64,000 nucleotides of DNA from positions 448,001 through 512,000 of the forward strand of contig OY762069.1 of assembly GCA_963665095.1 (NCBI GenBank). The letters run 5' to 3'. The DNA comes from an uncultured Desulfobacter sp. GTDB lineage: Bacteria; Desulfobacterota; Desulfobacteria; Desulfobacterales; Desulfobacteraceae. This document shows, in pieces, positions 49,177 to 60,624 of the stretch (position 1 is its first letter; each line of letters begins with the position of its first letter). The notes under the pieces were generated by a model. The model did not search any database and was not told the DNA's origin. It worked only from the letters and a program-made list of their open reading frames with translations. The translations under genes were made by a program, and so were the position numbers.

Positions 49177-50469
49177 CTAATACAAGGCAAATACCAGGTA
49201 GAATACAGGCAGAAGATACAAAAGTCCGCGAACGCCAACAGAAAACTGTTTTCTGCCCGTAAACACAATAATGCACAACCCTGCAAAAACAGACGCCCCT
49301 CTAAAGCCCATGGACAGGTAACTCCATTGAAGAATGGCTTTGTCAAAACCTGCCAGCACAATACTGCCTGAAAGCAGCAGCACGGCCATGGTGCAAATCC
49401 TTATGATTGTTAGGCCGTTGGAAAATTTCTGTTTAAACAGATGGCGAATTCCATCCATATATACGTTGGTTGTCACCCCTAGAACTAGACCTGCCCCTGT
49501 GCCAAGTACGGTTAGAAGCAGAACGGCAGAGCAGAACGCAGCCAGTGACGGGGGCAGGGCGGATTTAAAGAAAAACGGCAGGGCCTGGGCGCTGTTTGTC
49601 GCAAGTTCCGGATAACGGCTTCGCAGATAAAGGCCCACAATGATGCCTAAAATTCCGATTGGGGGAATCACAATTGCAGATAAAAATGCTCCGTTTCTGG
49701 CCTGGCGAATGGTTCGGGCTGAAAAAATGGCCTGAAGATATATCTGTGTGGAAAGGACGCCTGTGATCATGGAGGCAATATCCACCATGGTGGTACTTAC
49801 CCCGCAGGAGAAAAAGTTTAAGAAATCAGTTCCCTGGGGCAGATCTGTAATAATATTATTCACCCCGCCGCCCTTGATCAAGGCAATGGCGGCGCAAACA
49901 ATCATGATGGCATAGAGCATAAAGAATTTGATTTCTCCAACCATGCCGGCACCTGAGATCCCTCCTGACATGACAAAAAATCCCATGAGGCCCATGGTGA
50001 TGAACGTGGATATGGGGAGGCTGAGGTGGAAGATCGAATTTAAAATCGCCATGGCAGCCAGATACTGGGCAATGATATGGATAAACATGCCGCAGGAGTT
50101 AAACATGGAGCAGTAATACTGAAACCCTTGGCCAAAGTATCTTCCAAGAAGCTCTGACACTGTTGTGACCTGTTCCTTTCTCAGGGCTGCGGTAAAGAAA
50201 CAGCCTAAAATGAAACAGGAGATCCCGCTGCCAAGAGTAAAAATCCATGCAGAAATTCCATTGTTGTATGCGGACTGGACGGTTCCGATGGTGGAAACCC
50301 CGCCCACAAGTGTGCCTATAATTACCCATGACACCTGGGGGGCTGATAATGACCGTCCGGCCACTGAAAAATCAGATCCACTGCCCATTTTTCTTTGTTT
50401 TTTTTGGATCAGAACACAAAACAGAACAAAGGCTGTAATGAAAACGCCTGTATATTCAAACTGACTCAC
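49177..50469 (-). CDS. Sodium:solute symporter (SSS) family protein
   Basis: DFSVAGRSL, GTLVGGVSTIG, many TM segments. GTG 50469 is preceded by AGGAG (track start is 50550). Confidence 0.85.
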   Translation of the reverse strand: MSQFEYTGVFITAFVLFCVLIQKKQRKMGSGSDFSVAGRSLSAPQVSWVIIGTLVGGVSTIGTVQSAYNNGISAWIFTLGSGISCFILGCFFTAALRKEQVTTVSELLGRYFGQGFQYYCSMFNSCGMFIHIIAQYLAAMAILNSIFHLSLPISTFITMGLMGFFVMSGGISGAGMVGEIKFFMLYAIMIVCAAIALIKGGGVNNIITDLPQGTDFLNFFSCGVSTTMVDIASMITGVLSTQIYLQAIFSARTIRQARNGAFLSAIVIPPIGILGIIVGLYLRSRYPELATNSAQALPFFFKSALPPSLAAFCSAVLLLTVLGTGAGLVLGVTTNVYMDGIRHLFKQKFSNGLTIIRICTMAVLLLSGSIVLAGFDKAILQWSYLSMGFRGASVFAGLCIIVFTGRKQFSVGVRGLLYLLPVFYLVFALY

Positions 50470-50956
50470 GCATATGCTCCTTGTCTTTCTGGAAACGTTT
50501 TCACGTTTTTCAAAGCCTGGTGTTTTACTCCTGATTGAATCATAAGGCAATGATTCAATCCGATTTTTTTTGGAATATTTATATGTTAGATAAGATGTGG
50601 TCTCTTTAATTCAGGGCAGGGACACCGGGGCAATTTCAGGTTTTGTTGCGACAGGGGCTGCCAAAGCCGTACCCAAAATGCGGGTTGATAAACATGTCAG
50701 AGAGCCCCCCCTGCAGGGACGCAGCTTCAGAACCCCGGTGCTGTCAGGATTATCCTGCAGCAGCTATATAGACAATGACCTTGCCGGATCGCAGGGCATC
50801 TCCTGGCGAGCCCCGTACCTGGCGGGAAAAGTGTTGCAGGACCAGATCAATTGAAAGGAACAGGCATCTGTCCATCATGATCTGGATACCTGTTTTGAAC
50901 TTCAAAAAAATCTAAGGGATCATGGCCAGAAGTTAATTCCAAAAAGTGCGTGACCT

Positions 50957-51238
50957 TCAAGTATTCAGGGGCTTATCTGGACTGCGCTGAAGCATGAGCC
51001 ACCACATTCTGAACGTCATCAGGGCCTCGGCATCTTTCTGGTGCTGGCATTTAAAAAGAGTTAAAGAATAGGCTTCTTCAAATTCCGCCATGGAAAATTT
51101 AAAATTTTCTTTGCTTAATACCGCCTCTCTGACCTGTTCTGTGTCTGCCTGTACCAGCCTGTGCCGGAGTTGGGGGTCATTTTGTCCGCTGCGGATAAAG
51201 TCTATGGCATGCTGAATTGTCATGTTGTTCTCCTGCAT
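50957..51238 (-). CDS. Nif11-like small protein
   Basis: MTIQHAIDFI...DPQLRHRL...FKFSMAEFEE resembles the Nif11 leader-domain pattern. Confidence 0.55.
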   Translation of the reverse strand: MQENNMTIQHAIDFIRSGQNDPQLRHRLVQADTEQVREAVLSKENFKFSMAEFEEAYSLTLFKCQHQKDAEALMTFRMWWLMLQRSPDKPLNT

Positions 51239-51262
51239 GATTAATATCTGACATTATAAGAC

Positions 51263-51278
51263 AGCAAATTAAATGCCA
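51263..51278 (-). promoter_or_regulatory. Sigma54 (-24/-12) promoter
   Basis: Minus strand reads TGGCAT-TTAAT-TTGCT, just upstream of the Nif11-like gene. Confidence 0.75.
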
Positions 51279-51542
51279 CAGCTATAATTAAGGATAAGAA
51301 TAGTTTAAGGATACCTTGCGGTATTATGGAATATAGCCCTGAATCGCATGTATTGAATGATTATTTTAAATCAGGGTAAGATTAAAGAAAAGGCTCTGTC
51401 GGCAGATCTCTTAATGTGTATTGGGCGAGTGAAAGATTGACAAACAACAGAAATGAAATATTTGAGAGACAATTTTGTAATGGATTGTTTATAACACCGG
51501 CCCCGGGATTGTTGGGCAATGATTCAGGGCCGGCCGGTTCAT

Positions 51543-52016
51543 TTATGCTTCGCTGTCTGAATCTGTTTCCGTAGTTGTATCAGTATCCGCCTCGGCATCA
51601 TCGGTCTCTTCTGTTTCTGTCTCAAGGGTAGAGATGACCGTACTGGTAGTATTATCAGAATCACCAAATACACTGTTAAATTCATCTATGTCCGATTCTG
51701 CCAGATTCTGGGCCTCCCCCAGGTAGGTAATGATTTCAAGCGTGTCATACCCTTCCTCCTGAAGTGCGGAGGCAAATGCACTTATATTTTCAAGGGCTTC
51801 ATCAGATGCGCCAGCTTCAGCTGCAGCGTTTGCTACTTCCGCAACCTTTTGAGCAATGGAGGAGATGGTGCATGAGTCTGAAGCTGCTGTACATATATTG
51901 TAAGTCATTGAGGCGATGGAGTCCCCCCCTGATAAGAGGGTTGAAACAGTCTGGGTTTTTAATTCCACAAGCTGGGAGTCAAGGCTTGAAAATTGGGAAA
52001 GTACAGAACTGGTCAT
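51543..52016 (-). CDS. Hypothetical acidic Ser/Thr-rich protein
   Basis: 157-aa ORF with AAGGA RBS and an acidic C-terminal tail; co-oriented with the upstream gene. Confidence 0.7.
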   Translation of the reverse strand: MTSSVLSQFSSLDSQLVELKTQTVSTLLSGGDSIASMTYNICTAASDSCTISSIAQKVAEVANAAAEAGASDEALENISAFASALQEEGYDTLEIITYLGEAQNLAESDIDEFNSVFGDSDNTTSTVISTLETETEETDDAEADTDTTTETDSDSEA

Positions 52017-52051
52017 TTGTTCATTCCTTTACTGGCAGTTAACATGACGGA

Positions 52052-52498
52052 TCAGATTGTTTCTGAAAGCAGCGAGGACAATTCTGCCATCATGCTTGTC
52101 AGCTCAGCCTGTTTGGCAGCGAGCAATTGTTGTTTTGCTTCATCCTTCTGTGCTTCCAGCTTCAGTTTGAGAATCTCTTTTTCCAAGGCTTCAATTTTTT
52201 CCTGAAGCTCTTCTATTGCCTCGTCTGAGCTGGAAGATGTGGCCTGGCCACTGGTGGCAGCGTCACCGTCAGCCGTTTGTGTTTCGGTATTGGTTGCTGA
52301 GCTGTTATCATCCGCTTCTTCAACAGTGTCTGTTTCCTGGGCAAGCATCGCATATGCTTCTTCTGAAATCTCAACACTGTCCTGGACTGTTCCGGTCGTA
52401 TCCGTAGTCTGGCTGGTTGGCATAACTGGTGGGGTTGACTGGGTTGATACACTGCTGATAAGGGGTGTTCCCTGATAGGCAGATACCTGGATTGACAT
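52052..52498 (-). CDS. FlxA-like acidic coiled-coil protein
   Basis: MSIQVS start with AGGAG RBS (track start 52525), DSVEISEEA motif, C-terminal coiled coil IEELQEKIEALEKEI. Confidence 0.6.
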   Translation of the reverse strand: MSIQVSAYQGTPLISSVSTQSTPPVMPTSQTTDTTGTVQDSVEISEEAYAMLAQETDTVEEADDNSSATNTETQTADGDAATSGQATSSSSDEAIEELQEKIEALEKEILKLKLEAQKDEAKQQLLAAKQAELTSMMAELSSLLSETI

Positions 52499-52620
52499 AA
52501 GCAACTCTCCTGATTTATGGATCATTTCAAACCGGGTATTTGCGCTTTTCTGCTAAAATGGTAATACAGTTAAAATAATAAATGAGGGTTTAATACCTAA
52601 AAATATCCGGTTATAAGTAA

Positions 52621-52648
52621 TTATCGGCATTAGTATACCAAAAGATTA
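52621..52648 (-). promoter_or_regulatory. Putative sigma28 (FliA) promoter
   Basis: Minus strand reads TAAT-N16-GCCGATAA: perfect -10 box, imperfect -35. Confidence 0.55.
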
Positions 52649-52785
52649 GAAAAAAAATAATTTTAATTATAGTTTTGCTGGTGTGTTAAAAAAATATATC
52701 ACATTATCATAAATATATGTGGTATATCCGGACTTGTCAGGGCTGCGATAGCTGACCCCACCGAAACCGGAAAAAATGAAATTAA

Positions 52786-53691
52786 TTGGAAAGTATGATC
52801 ATGCCATCTGGTTTTTACAGTCTTAAGCCCGGAGATGTCATTGGTGTTGCCGCGCCTTCAGCCAGGTTCAACGAACAGGAAGTTCACACAGGAGTTCAGT
52901 GCCTCAAGGATATGGGGTTTAAGGTCCGCATTCCCCAGGATATTTTTGGCCAGTCACGATACCTTGCCGGTACTGACAGGCAACGTGCAGATGTGTTGAA
53001 TGCTCTGTTTGCAGACCCTGAAGTCAAGGGGGTGATCGCTGCCCGGGGAGGGTTTGGAGCGATGCGGATACTACCGCTTCTTCACTGGAAAGAAATTGCC
53101 CAATGCCGGACACTTTTTATGGGCTTTTCAGATGCCACTGCATTGATCTGCGCGTTGGTGCTCCACGCCGGAACCTGTGCACTGCACGGTCCTAATCTGA
53201 TCTCCCTTGGCAAGAGCAGTCAGGATACCCTGGACCGCTTTTCAAAAGTGGCATCAGGCTGTTTTACAGAGCTTCACCTGCCCCGGGAACAGGTGATCTG
53301 TGCAGGGAAGGGGAAAGGACGGCTGCTTGGTGGAAACCTTGCCACTCTGGTTCATCTGATTGGTACGCCTTTTCAACCTGATTTTGATAACAGCATCCTT
53401 TTTTTGGAAGACGTTGGGGAGCCAGCTTATAAAATCGACAGAATGCTGTCCCAGATGAAGATGGCTGGTTTGCTCGACAGGATTCAGGGGGTTGTGACTG
53501 GTTCCTTTGAGGCATGTTCGGAATCGGAATATATTCCTCAGATTATTGAAGAGATATTTTCAAGTTTTGGTGTTCCGATCTGTATGGGACTTGAAGCCGG
53601 GCATGGCAGTGTGAACATCTCTTTACCCATGGGGGTTGAGGTTTCCCTTGATGCCGGCATTCCTTGTCTTCAATGGCATGTTTCAGCCTGA
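52786..53691 (+). CDS. ldcA: LD-carboxypeptidase (peptidase S66)
   Basis: IGVAAPS, YLAGTD..RA, ARGGFG, GFSDAT, GGNL, LEDVGE, GH. Confidence 0.9.
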   Translation: MESMIMPSGFYSLKPGDVIGVAAPSARFNEQEVHTGVQCLKDMGFKVRIPQDIFGQSRYLAGTDRQRADVLNALFADPEVKGVIAARGGFGAMRILPLLHWKEIAQCRTLFMGFSDATALICALVLHAGTCALHGPNLISLGKSSQDTLDRFSKVASGCFTELHLPREQVICAGKGKGRLLGGNLATLVHLIGTPFQPDFDNSILFLEDVGEPAYKIDRMLSQMKMAGLLDRIQGVVTGSFEACSESEYIPQIIEEIFSSFGVPICMGLEAGHGSVNISLPMGVEVSLDAGIPCLQWHVSA

Positions 53692-54827
53692 TGGAAACAA
53701 TAAGTTTGCACAAACACAACATTGATCAGATCATGACAAATGCACTGAAAGATGGTGTATTCCCCGGTGGTGTGCTGTTGTGGGCTGACAGAAAAGATAT
53801 TAAGTACCATAAGGGATTTGGAGTTACAGATTTACGGTTACGGGTTCCTGTAACGGTGGACACTGTTTTTGATCTGGCATCTTTAACCAAGCCACTGGCT
53901 ACGGCCCTGGCTGTGGCAGACCTGATAACTCAAGGCCTTTTGGCTGTGGACATGCCCCTTGACGCTGTTCTTCCCTCATCCCGTGGAACAGATAAAGCCT
54001 GCATAACCATTGATATGCTGCTGAGGCATACCGCAGGACTTCCGGCACATCGGCCCTATTTCAGTCGGATATATCCACCGGTTCCGGGGAAGGCACCCCG
54101 CAGCAATCTGCGTCGCCTGGTAATGGAAGAACCTTTGGAACATATCCCGGGAACCCGGGAAGTTTACAGCGATCTGGGGTATATTCTGCTGGCCTGGGTG
54201 GTGGAATACCTGTCAGGAATGAGACTTGACCAATTTGTAACCGAAAGGATCTATAGGCCACTGGGAATTGACCGGCTTTTTTTTAATGACCTTTGTTCTG
54301 AACAAAAAGATCGAAAGCGTTCAGAACCGTCAATTCAGTTTGCCTCTACATGGGACTGCCCCTGGCGCAAAAAGGTGGTTCAAGGGGAGGTGGAAGATGA
54401 AAATGCCTGGGCTGCAGGGGGTATAGAAGGGCATGCAGGCCTTTTCGGCACTGCAGTCTGCGTCCATTGCCTGTGCTGTGAGATTATGTCCGCCCTTGAC
54501 GGAAAAAATGCAAAGGTTCTGAGTCCGGCTGTCCTCCAGATGTTTGCAAAAAAAATAACGGGGATGTCACGGGCAGCAGGATTTGATACCCCGAGCATTC
54601 AAGGGTCTTCTGCCGGCTCCTTGTTTTCGCGGAACAGCCTGGGGCATCTTGGATTTACCGGCACTTCTTTCTGGATGGATCCGGACAGCGGTCTGATTGT
54701 GATCCTGTTAAGCAATCGTGTACATCCCAGCAGAGAAAATATAAAAATAAAGAAGTTCAGACCCCTGATTCATGATATGATCGCATCCGGATTCAAGGCA
54801 AATATAAACGGTGTGAAACACTTTTAG
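53691..54827 (+). CDS. Serine hydrolase, beta-lactamase (class C-like) family
   Basis: FDLASLTK (SxxK), LLRHTAG, YSDLG, GHAGLF, GHLGFTGT, NRVHP. The track start is 53664. Confidence 0.88.
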   Translation: METISLHKHNIDQIMTNALKDGVFPGGVLLWADRKDIKYHKGFGVTDLRLRVPVTVDTVFDLASLTKPLATALAVADLITQGLLAVDMPLDAVLPSSRGTDKACITIDMLLRHTAGLPAHRPYFSRIYPPVPGKAPRSNLRRLVMEEPLEHIPGTREVYSDLGYILLAWVVEYLSGMRLDQFVTERIYRPLGIDRLFFNDLCSEQKDRKRSEPSIQFASTWDCPWRKKVVQGEVEDENAWAAGGIEGHAGLFGTAVCVHCLCCEIMSALDGKNAKVLSPAVLQMFAKKITGMSRAAGFDTPSIQGSSAGSLFSRNSLGHLGFTGTSFWMDPDSGLIVILLSNRVHPSRENIKIKKFRPLIHDMIASGFKANINGVKHF

Positions 54828-54889
54828 TCTTGTAAAAACAACATAAGTTTGTTAGCAACTATTTTTTAGCAGTATTATTTCATCTATAG

Positions 54890-55975
<1,086 letters not shown>

Positions 55976-55980
55976 GGAAA

Positions 55981-56793
55981 ATGTTTTCCAGGCGGATGAT
56001 GATGTTTGTCGGTGTGGGCTTCTTTATTGTGGTGGCTCTTACCGTAATTACCATGTCCAGCCGGGAGTCCCTGCCGGCCGGCGGCGTGGAGCGGTTGGCC
56101 ATAACACTTACCTCCCCTTTTCAGTTTGTAGCATCCCGGGTGATCGGTTTCACTGAATCCGTCTGGCATACCTATTTTGCCAGTGTGATTGCTGTGAAGG
56201 AGAACCGGGAACTGCGTAAAGAACTTTCCCTGGTCAGAGAGACGGTCAACCGGTGCAGGGAGTTGGAGTTAGAGAATTCCCGCCTTAAAAAATTTGTCAA
56301 TTTTCAAAACTCAATGCCAGCCACTTACGTGGCAGCACAGGTGATTGCCAGGGATCCATCCCCATGGTTTAAAACCATTATGATTGATAAGGGCGAAAAG
56401 GCCGGTCTGGTCAAGGGACTGCCTGTGCTGGTGTCCGAGGGGATTGTTGGCCAGATAGTTAAAGTGTCCGGTCATTATTCACGGGTGCTGCTGATTACAG
56501 ACCGCAACTCAGCTGTGGACGCGCTGATCCAGGACACACGGGTGCGAGGTATGGTCAAGGGGAACAATGAGGATACCTGCTCTTTTGTTTATACCCTGAG
56601 AAAAGATGAGGTCTGTCCCGGTCAGATGATTGTCTCTTCTGGGCTGGATCAGGTGTTTCCCAAAGGGTTGAGAATCGGCAGGGTGCTTGAGGTAAAAAAA
56701 ATTCATTCCCAGTTGTTTCAAGATATTATCATTGAAACCAGTGTGGATTTTGACAGGCTTGAAGAAGTGCTGGTGTACACCAATGCTGACTGA
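55981..56793 (+). CDS. mreC: Rod shape-determining protein MreC
   Basis: TM segment, coiled coil, IDKG..G, GIVG, SGLDQVFPKG, plus synteny. Confidence 0.95.
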   Translation: MFSRRMMMFVGVGFFIVVALTVITMSSRESLPAGGVERLAITLTSPFQFVASRVIGFTESVWHTYFASVIAVKENRELRKELSLVRETVNRCRELELENSRLKKFVNFQNSMPATYVAAQVIARDPSPWFKTIMIDKGEKAGLVKGLPVLVSEGIVGQIVKVSGHYSRVLLITDRNSAVDALIQDTRVRGMVKGNNEDTCSFVYTLRKDEVCPGQMIVSSGLDQVFPKGLRIGRVLEVKKIHSQLFQDIIIETSVDFDRLEEVLVYTNAD

Positions 56794-56811
56794 GGGACAG
56801 ATAGTGGCTCT

Positions 56812-57345
56812 ATGACAAACCTGGTGTTTTTTTTTATTGCTACTTTGACCTTTATGATTCTGCAGTCTGTTGTTATTCCCGGCTTCTCCTGGTTCCCCCA
56901 CTGCTTTGATTTGATGATTATAAATGTACTGTATCTCAGTCTGTTTTCCATCCGCTACTGGGTGATGATCACTCTTGTGCTTATTGGTGTAATTATGGAC
57001 AGCTTGTCAGGGGGGCCTTTTTTCCTTCATACCACTTCATACCTTTGTATATATCTGATTGTCTTCCTTTTGCGTCAGCTTGTGTTTCAGCACAGCACCG
57101 CATTTGTACTGGTTGTCAGTCTGGCTGCAGCACTTATCCACCAGGGCCTGGTGCTTTTTAGCATTTTTCTGATTCAGGGCTATCAGGGCATTGCAACCGC
57201 AGACTTCAGCCTTGCAGTAGGCCAGATTATATGGGCAGTTGTGGGGATTCCGGCAGGCGTCTGGCTATTGGGCGTGTTTCACCATAACTTTTCCTATGCC
57301 GTGAAAATTTCCCGCCGGCAGCTGGCCGGCAGATACAGGGGGTAG
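56812..57345 (+). CDS. mreD: Rod shape-determining protein MreD
   Basis: Hydrophobic protein with GVIMDSLSG, located between mreC and mrdA. Confidence 0.85.
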   Translation: MTNLVFFFIATLTFMILQSVVIPGFSWFPHCFDLMIINVLYLSLFSIRYWVMITLVLIGVIMDSLSGGPFFLHTTSYLCIYLIVFLLRQLVFQHSTAFVLVVSLAAALIHQGLVLFSIFLIQGYQGIATADFSLAVGQIIWAVVGIPAGVWLLGVFHHNFSYAVKISRRQLAGRYRG

Positions 57346-57346
57346 G

Positions 57347-59212
57347 GTGGCCGGCATTAATAAAAATCCGGAACGGGATTGGATAAAGCAACGGTACATC
57401 GGGGTCGGTCTTTGTATTGTTTTTGTATTTTCCGTTCTTCTTTTACGGCTTGTATATCTTCAGATGATCAGGGGTGAGGAATACCGGCGTATGTCCATGA
57501 CCAATTGTGTCCGGCTTAAAAGTATAAAATCTTCCAGGGGACTGATCTATGATCGTAACCATCAGTTGCTTGTAGACAATCGCCCCGCATTTGACCTGAT
57601 GATTGTTCTGGAAGATGCCAAACCGCTTAAAAAGACCCTTGAACGGTTAGGGAAACTAACGGGTGACTCCAGTGAAGAACTGATGGCCACCATTGAAAAA
57701 GCTGGTAAGTCCGCATTTTATAAACCCCTGGTTCTTAAACGGGACATTACAAGAAACCTGCTTGCCGTTGTGGAGGCACACCAGTTTGATCTGCCCGGAA
57801 TTCATATAGATATTGAACCTACCCGGCATTATATCCACAGGAAAACTGCTGCACATCTTATCGGATATTTAGGTGAGATCAATAAAGATGAGCTGGAAAG
57901 CGCGAAATATCCCAATGTCAGGGCCGGAGACTCCATCGGCCGGTACGGGGTGGAGAAAAGCTTTGAGACCGATCTTCAGGGTAAAAGAGGTGGCCGTCAG
58001 GTTGAAGTGGATGTAAATGGCCGGATCATTAAAGTGCTAAAAACAGTAAATCCTGTGCCTGGTAAGGATTTGATTCTGACATTGGACTTAGCACTACAAA
58101 AAAAAGCCGAAGCGCTTCTTGGTGATAATACTGGTGCGGTGGTGGGCCTTGATCCTTCGAACGGAGATGTCCTGGTAATGGCCTCTACTCCCAGTTTTGA
58201 CCAGAATGATTTCATTGGTGGTATCTCCAGTAAGAAATGGCAGGCTTTGATGGATGATCCTGGCCGTCCTATGAACAATAAGGCAATTCAGGCAGAATAT
58301 CCGCCTGCATCCACTTATAAAATTGTAACAGCTCTGGCAGGGCTCGAGGAAAGGGTTATAGACCGTAACTCTACTTTTTACTGTCCCGGGTTTTATAAAT
58401 TCGGGAACCGGCGTTACCATTGCTGGAATCGTTACGGTCATGGTGATTTAAATGTGGTACAGGCCCTTGAACAATCCTGTGATGTATTTTTTTACCAGAC
58501 CGGTGAGAAACTTGGCGTGGATGCCTTGGCAAAATATGCCCACGGGTCTGGTTTAGGGCGGCCCACCGGCATCCGTCTTGCCCATGAGCGAAGCGGCCTG
58601 ATTCCTACGTCAGCCTGGAAAAAGAAACGTTACAAAGAGCCCTGGCAGGCCGGTGAGACTCTGTCCATCAGTATCGGGCAGGGGTTTAACCAGGTAACGC
58701 CTTTACAAATGGCGGTATTCATTGCCGCTATAGGAAATAACGGCACGCTTTTTCGTCCACGGCTTGTAAAATCCGTTCAGGATGCCAAAGGACAGGTAAT
58801 CCGTGAAATCGAACCGGAAATTACCGGTGGTCTGCCGGCATCCAAGGAGAATCTTGCCATTGTAAGAACCGGTCTTTTAGAAGTGGTTCATGGCAACCGG
58901 GGAACTGCCCGCCGTATCCGGCTGCCCGGGGTTCAAATTGCAGGGAAAACCGGCACTGCTCAGGTATTCAGCCGGAAGACCGGAGAAAAATTTGATAATA
59001 CAAATTTAAAGCGAACCCTGCAGGATCATGCCTGGTTTGTCTGTTATGCACCAGCACAGGAGCCTAAAATTGCCATTGCCGTTATTATTGAACATGGAGA
59101 ACACGGATCCAGTGCGGCGGCCCCTGTGGCACGCGATCTAATTCATGCCTATATTGGGGACCCTGAAACTGAAATGGCTGTTTTGCGCGAAGCGCAGCCG
59201 CATCCGGAGTGA
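57347..59212 (+). CDS. mrdA: Penicillin-binding protein 2
   Basis: RGLIYDRN, PPASTYK (SxxK), SCD, KTGTAQ. Confidence 0.95.
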   Translation: MAGINKNPERDWIKQRYIGVGLCIVFVFSVLLLRLVYLQMIRGEEYRRMSMTNCVRLKSIKSSRGLIYDRNHQLLVDNRPAFDLMIVLEDAKPLKKTLERLGKLTGDSSEELMATIEKAGKSAFYKPLVLKRDITRNLLAVVEAHQFDLPGIHIDIEPTRHYIHRKTAAHLIGYLGEINKDELESAKYPNVRAGDSIGRYGVEKSFETDLQGKRGGRQVEVDVNGRIIKVLKTVNPVPGKDLILTLDLALQKKAEALLGDNTGAVVGLDPSNGDVLVMASTPSFDQNDFIGGISSKKWQALMDDPGRPMNNKAIQAEYPPASTYKIVTALAGLEERVIDRNSTFYCPGFYKFGNRRYHCWNRYGHGDLNVVQALEQSCDVFFYQTGEKLGVDALAKYAHGSGLGRPTGIRLAHERSGLIPTSAWKKKRYKEPWQAGETLSISIGQGFNQVTPLQMAVFIAAIGNNGTLFRPRLVKSVQDAKGQVIREIEPEITGGLPASKENLAIVRTGLLEVVHGNRGTARRIRLPGVQIAGKTGTAQVFSRKTGEKFDNTNLKRTLQDHAWFVCYAPAQEPKIAIAVIIEHGEHGSSAAAPVARDLIHAYIGDPETEMAVLREAQPHPE

Positions 59213-60327
59213 TAAGCATGTTTGACCGTCGTCTTATATCTAATTTTGACTGGGGGTTTCTGATAATTGTTATTTTTATCTGTGGCCTGGGCCTTACGGT
59301 TTTATACTCTGCGGTAACGGCAGGGTTCGGCGGCAATCTCATTCATCCTCTTTTCAAAAGACAGGCTGTGTGGATGGGGGTGGGATTTATCATTATGATG
59401 GGTTGCCTGATCATTGACTTCAAGGAACTGGGTAAGCTGCATCTGTTTATCTATTCTGTCTGTGTGGGTCTTCTGGTGGCCACCTGCCTCGTGGGGCAGA
59501 CCGGCGGCGGATCCCAGCGTTGGCTGGTTTTAGGACCGGTAAGAATGCAGACCTCTGAACTGATGAAGATATCTTTAATTATCAGCCTGACCTCTGTATA
59601 CGCAGACAGTATCAGCACGGAAGGACTGGGCTTCCGACAGTTGATCAAACCGGCGATCTTGTGTCTTATCCCTTTTGGTCTAATTGTCAGTCAGCCTGAC
59701 CTTGGCACTGGCCTTTTGCTTATGCTGATTGCCGGTTGTATTACTTTATTTGTAAAAGTAGAAAAAAAAGTCCTTTTTATCCTTGGGAGTATCGGACTGT
59801 CACTTATACCCTTGGTTTGGTTTTTTGGGCTTAAAGACTATCAAAAAGAGCGGATTCTAACATTCTTAAACCCGGAGCGTGATCCGCTGGGGGCTGGCTA
59901 CCACATCATTCAATCCAAAATTGCCATTGGTTCAGGAATGCTTACAGGTAAAGGCTTTCTTCACGGTACCCAGAACGCATTGAATTTCCTTCCAGAGCAA
60001 CATACCGATTTTATTTTGTCCGTGCTGGCGGAGGAGTGGGGGCTTGCCGGCTGTGCGGTTCTGCTCGGGCTTTATTTTATTCTGCTCTTCTGGGGGCTTA
60101 ATATTTCCTACAACTGTCGCAATATGTTCGGCTCCCTTTTGGCCATGGGGGTCACCACAATGATTTTCTGGCAGATTTTTATCAATGTCGGCATGGTCAT
60201 GGGGCTGATGCCGGTGGTAGGTGTGCCTTTACCCCTGATTTCCTATGGTGGTTCTTCTGTTGTCACAAATATGGTGGGTTTTGGTATTTTGCTTAATATC
60301 AGTATGCGAAAATTTAACACCGCCTGA
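59209..60327 (+). CDS. rodA: Rod shape-determining protein RodA (SEDS)
   Basis: QRWL, SELMK, QPDLGT, GYHIIQS, PEQHTDFI, SYGGSS. Confidence 0.95.
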   Translation: MISMFDRRLISNFDWGFLIIVIFICGLGLTVLYSAVTAGFGGNLIHPLFKRQAVWMGVGFIIMMGCLIIDFKELGKLHLFIYSVCVGLLVATCLVGQTGGGSQRWLVLGPVRMQTSELMKISLIISLTSVYADSISTEGLGFRQLIKPAILCLIPFGLIVSQPDLGTGLLLMLIAGCITLFVKVEKKVLFILGSIGLSLIPLVWFFGLKDYQKERILTFLNPERDPLGAGYHIIQSKIAIGSGMLTGKGFLHGTQNALNFLPEQHTDFILSVLAEEWGLAGCAVLLGLYFILLFWGLNISYNCRNMFGSLLAMGVTTMIFWQIFINVGMVMGLMPVVGVPLPLISYGGSSVVTNMVGFGILLNISMRKFNTA

Positions 60328-60624
60328 AATCAAAAAAAAATTTAAAGCAATTTTTGACAGAAAGTTTTTAAATTATTTTTAATTTAAAAATCAAAAATTC
60401 TTAAAAGTTTCACAGGATTTCTGGCAGGTTGATAGCGGCTGAAAGGCTTGGTACAAACAGCGTTCGCTCCCTGAAATAAATTGTTATTCTGTGTTGACAA
60501 ATGACTTGGCGGATGGTACTCAAGTCACGATCATTCAAAGCATTAAGGCTGGATTTGAATCAATCCAGTCAATAGGATATAAGTGGTTGATTTTTTGTAA
60601 TTATTAACTGGCGGAGGGAATTTT

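Noticed and set aside
50597..50854. 85-aa plus-strand ORF
   Set aside because: No clear RBS or recognisable domain, opposite in orientation to its neighbours, and overlapping the hairpin element.
50957..51238. RiPP biosynthetic cluster around the Nif11-like gene
   Set aside because: No core peptide, modifying enzyme or peptidase-containing transporter is present.
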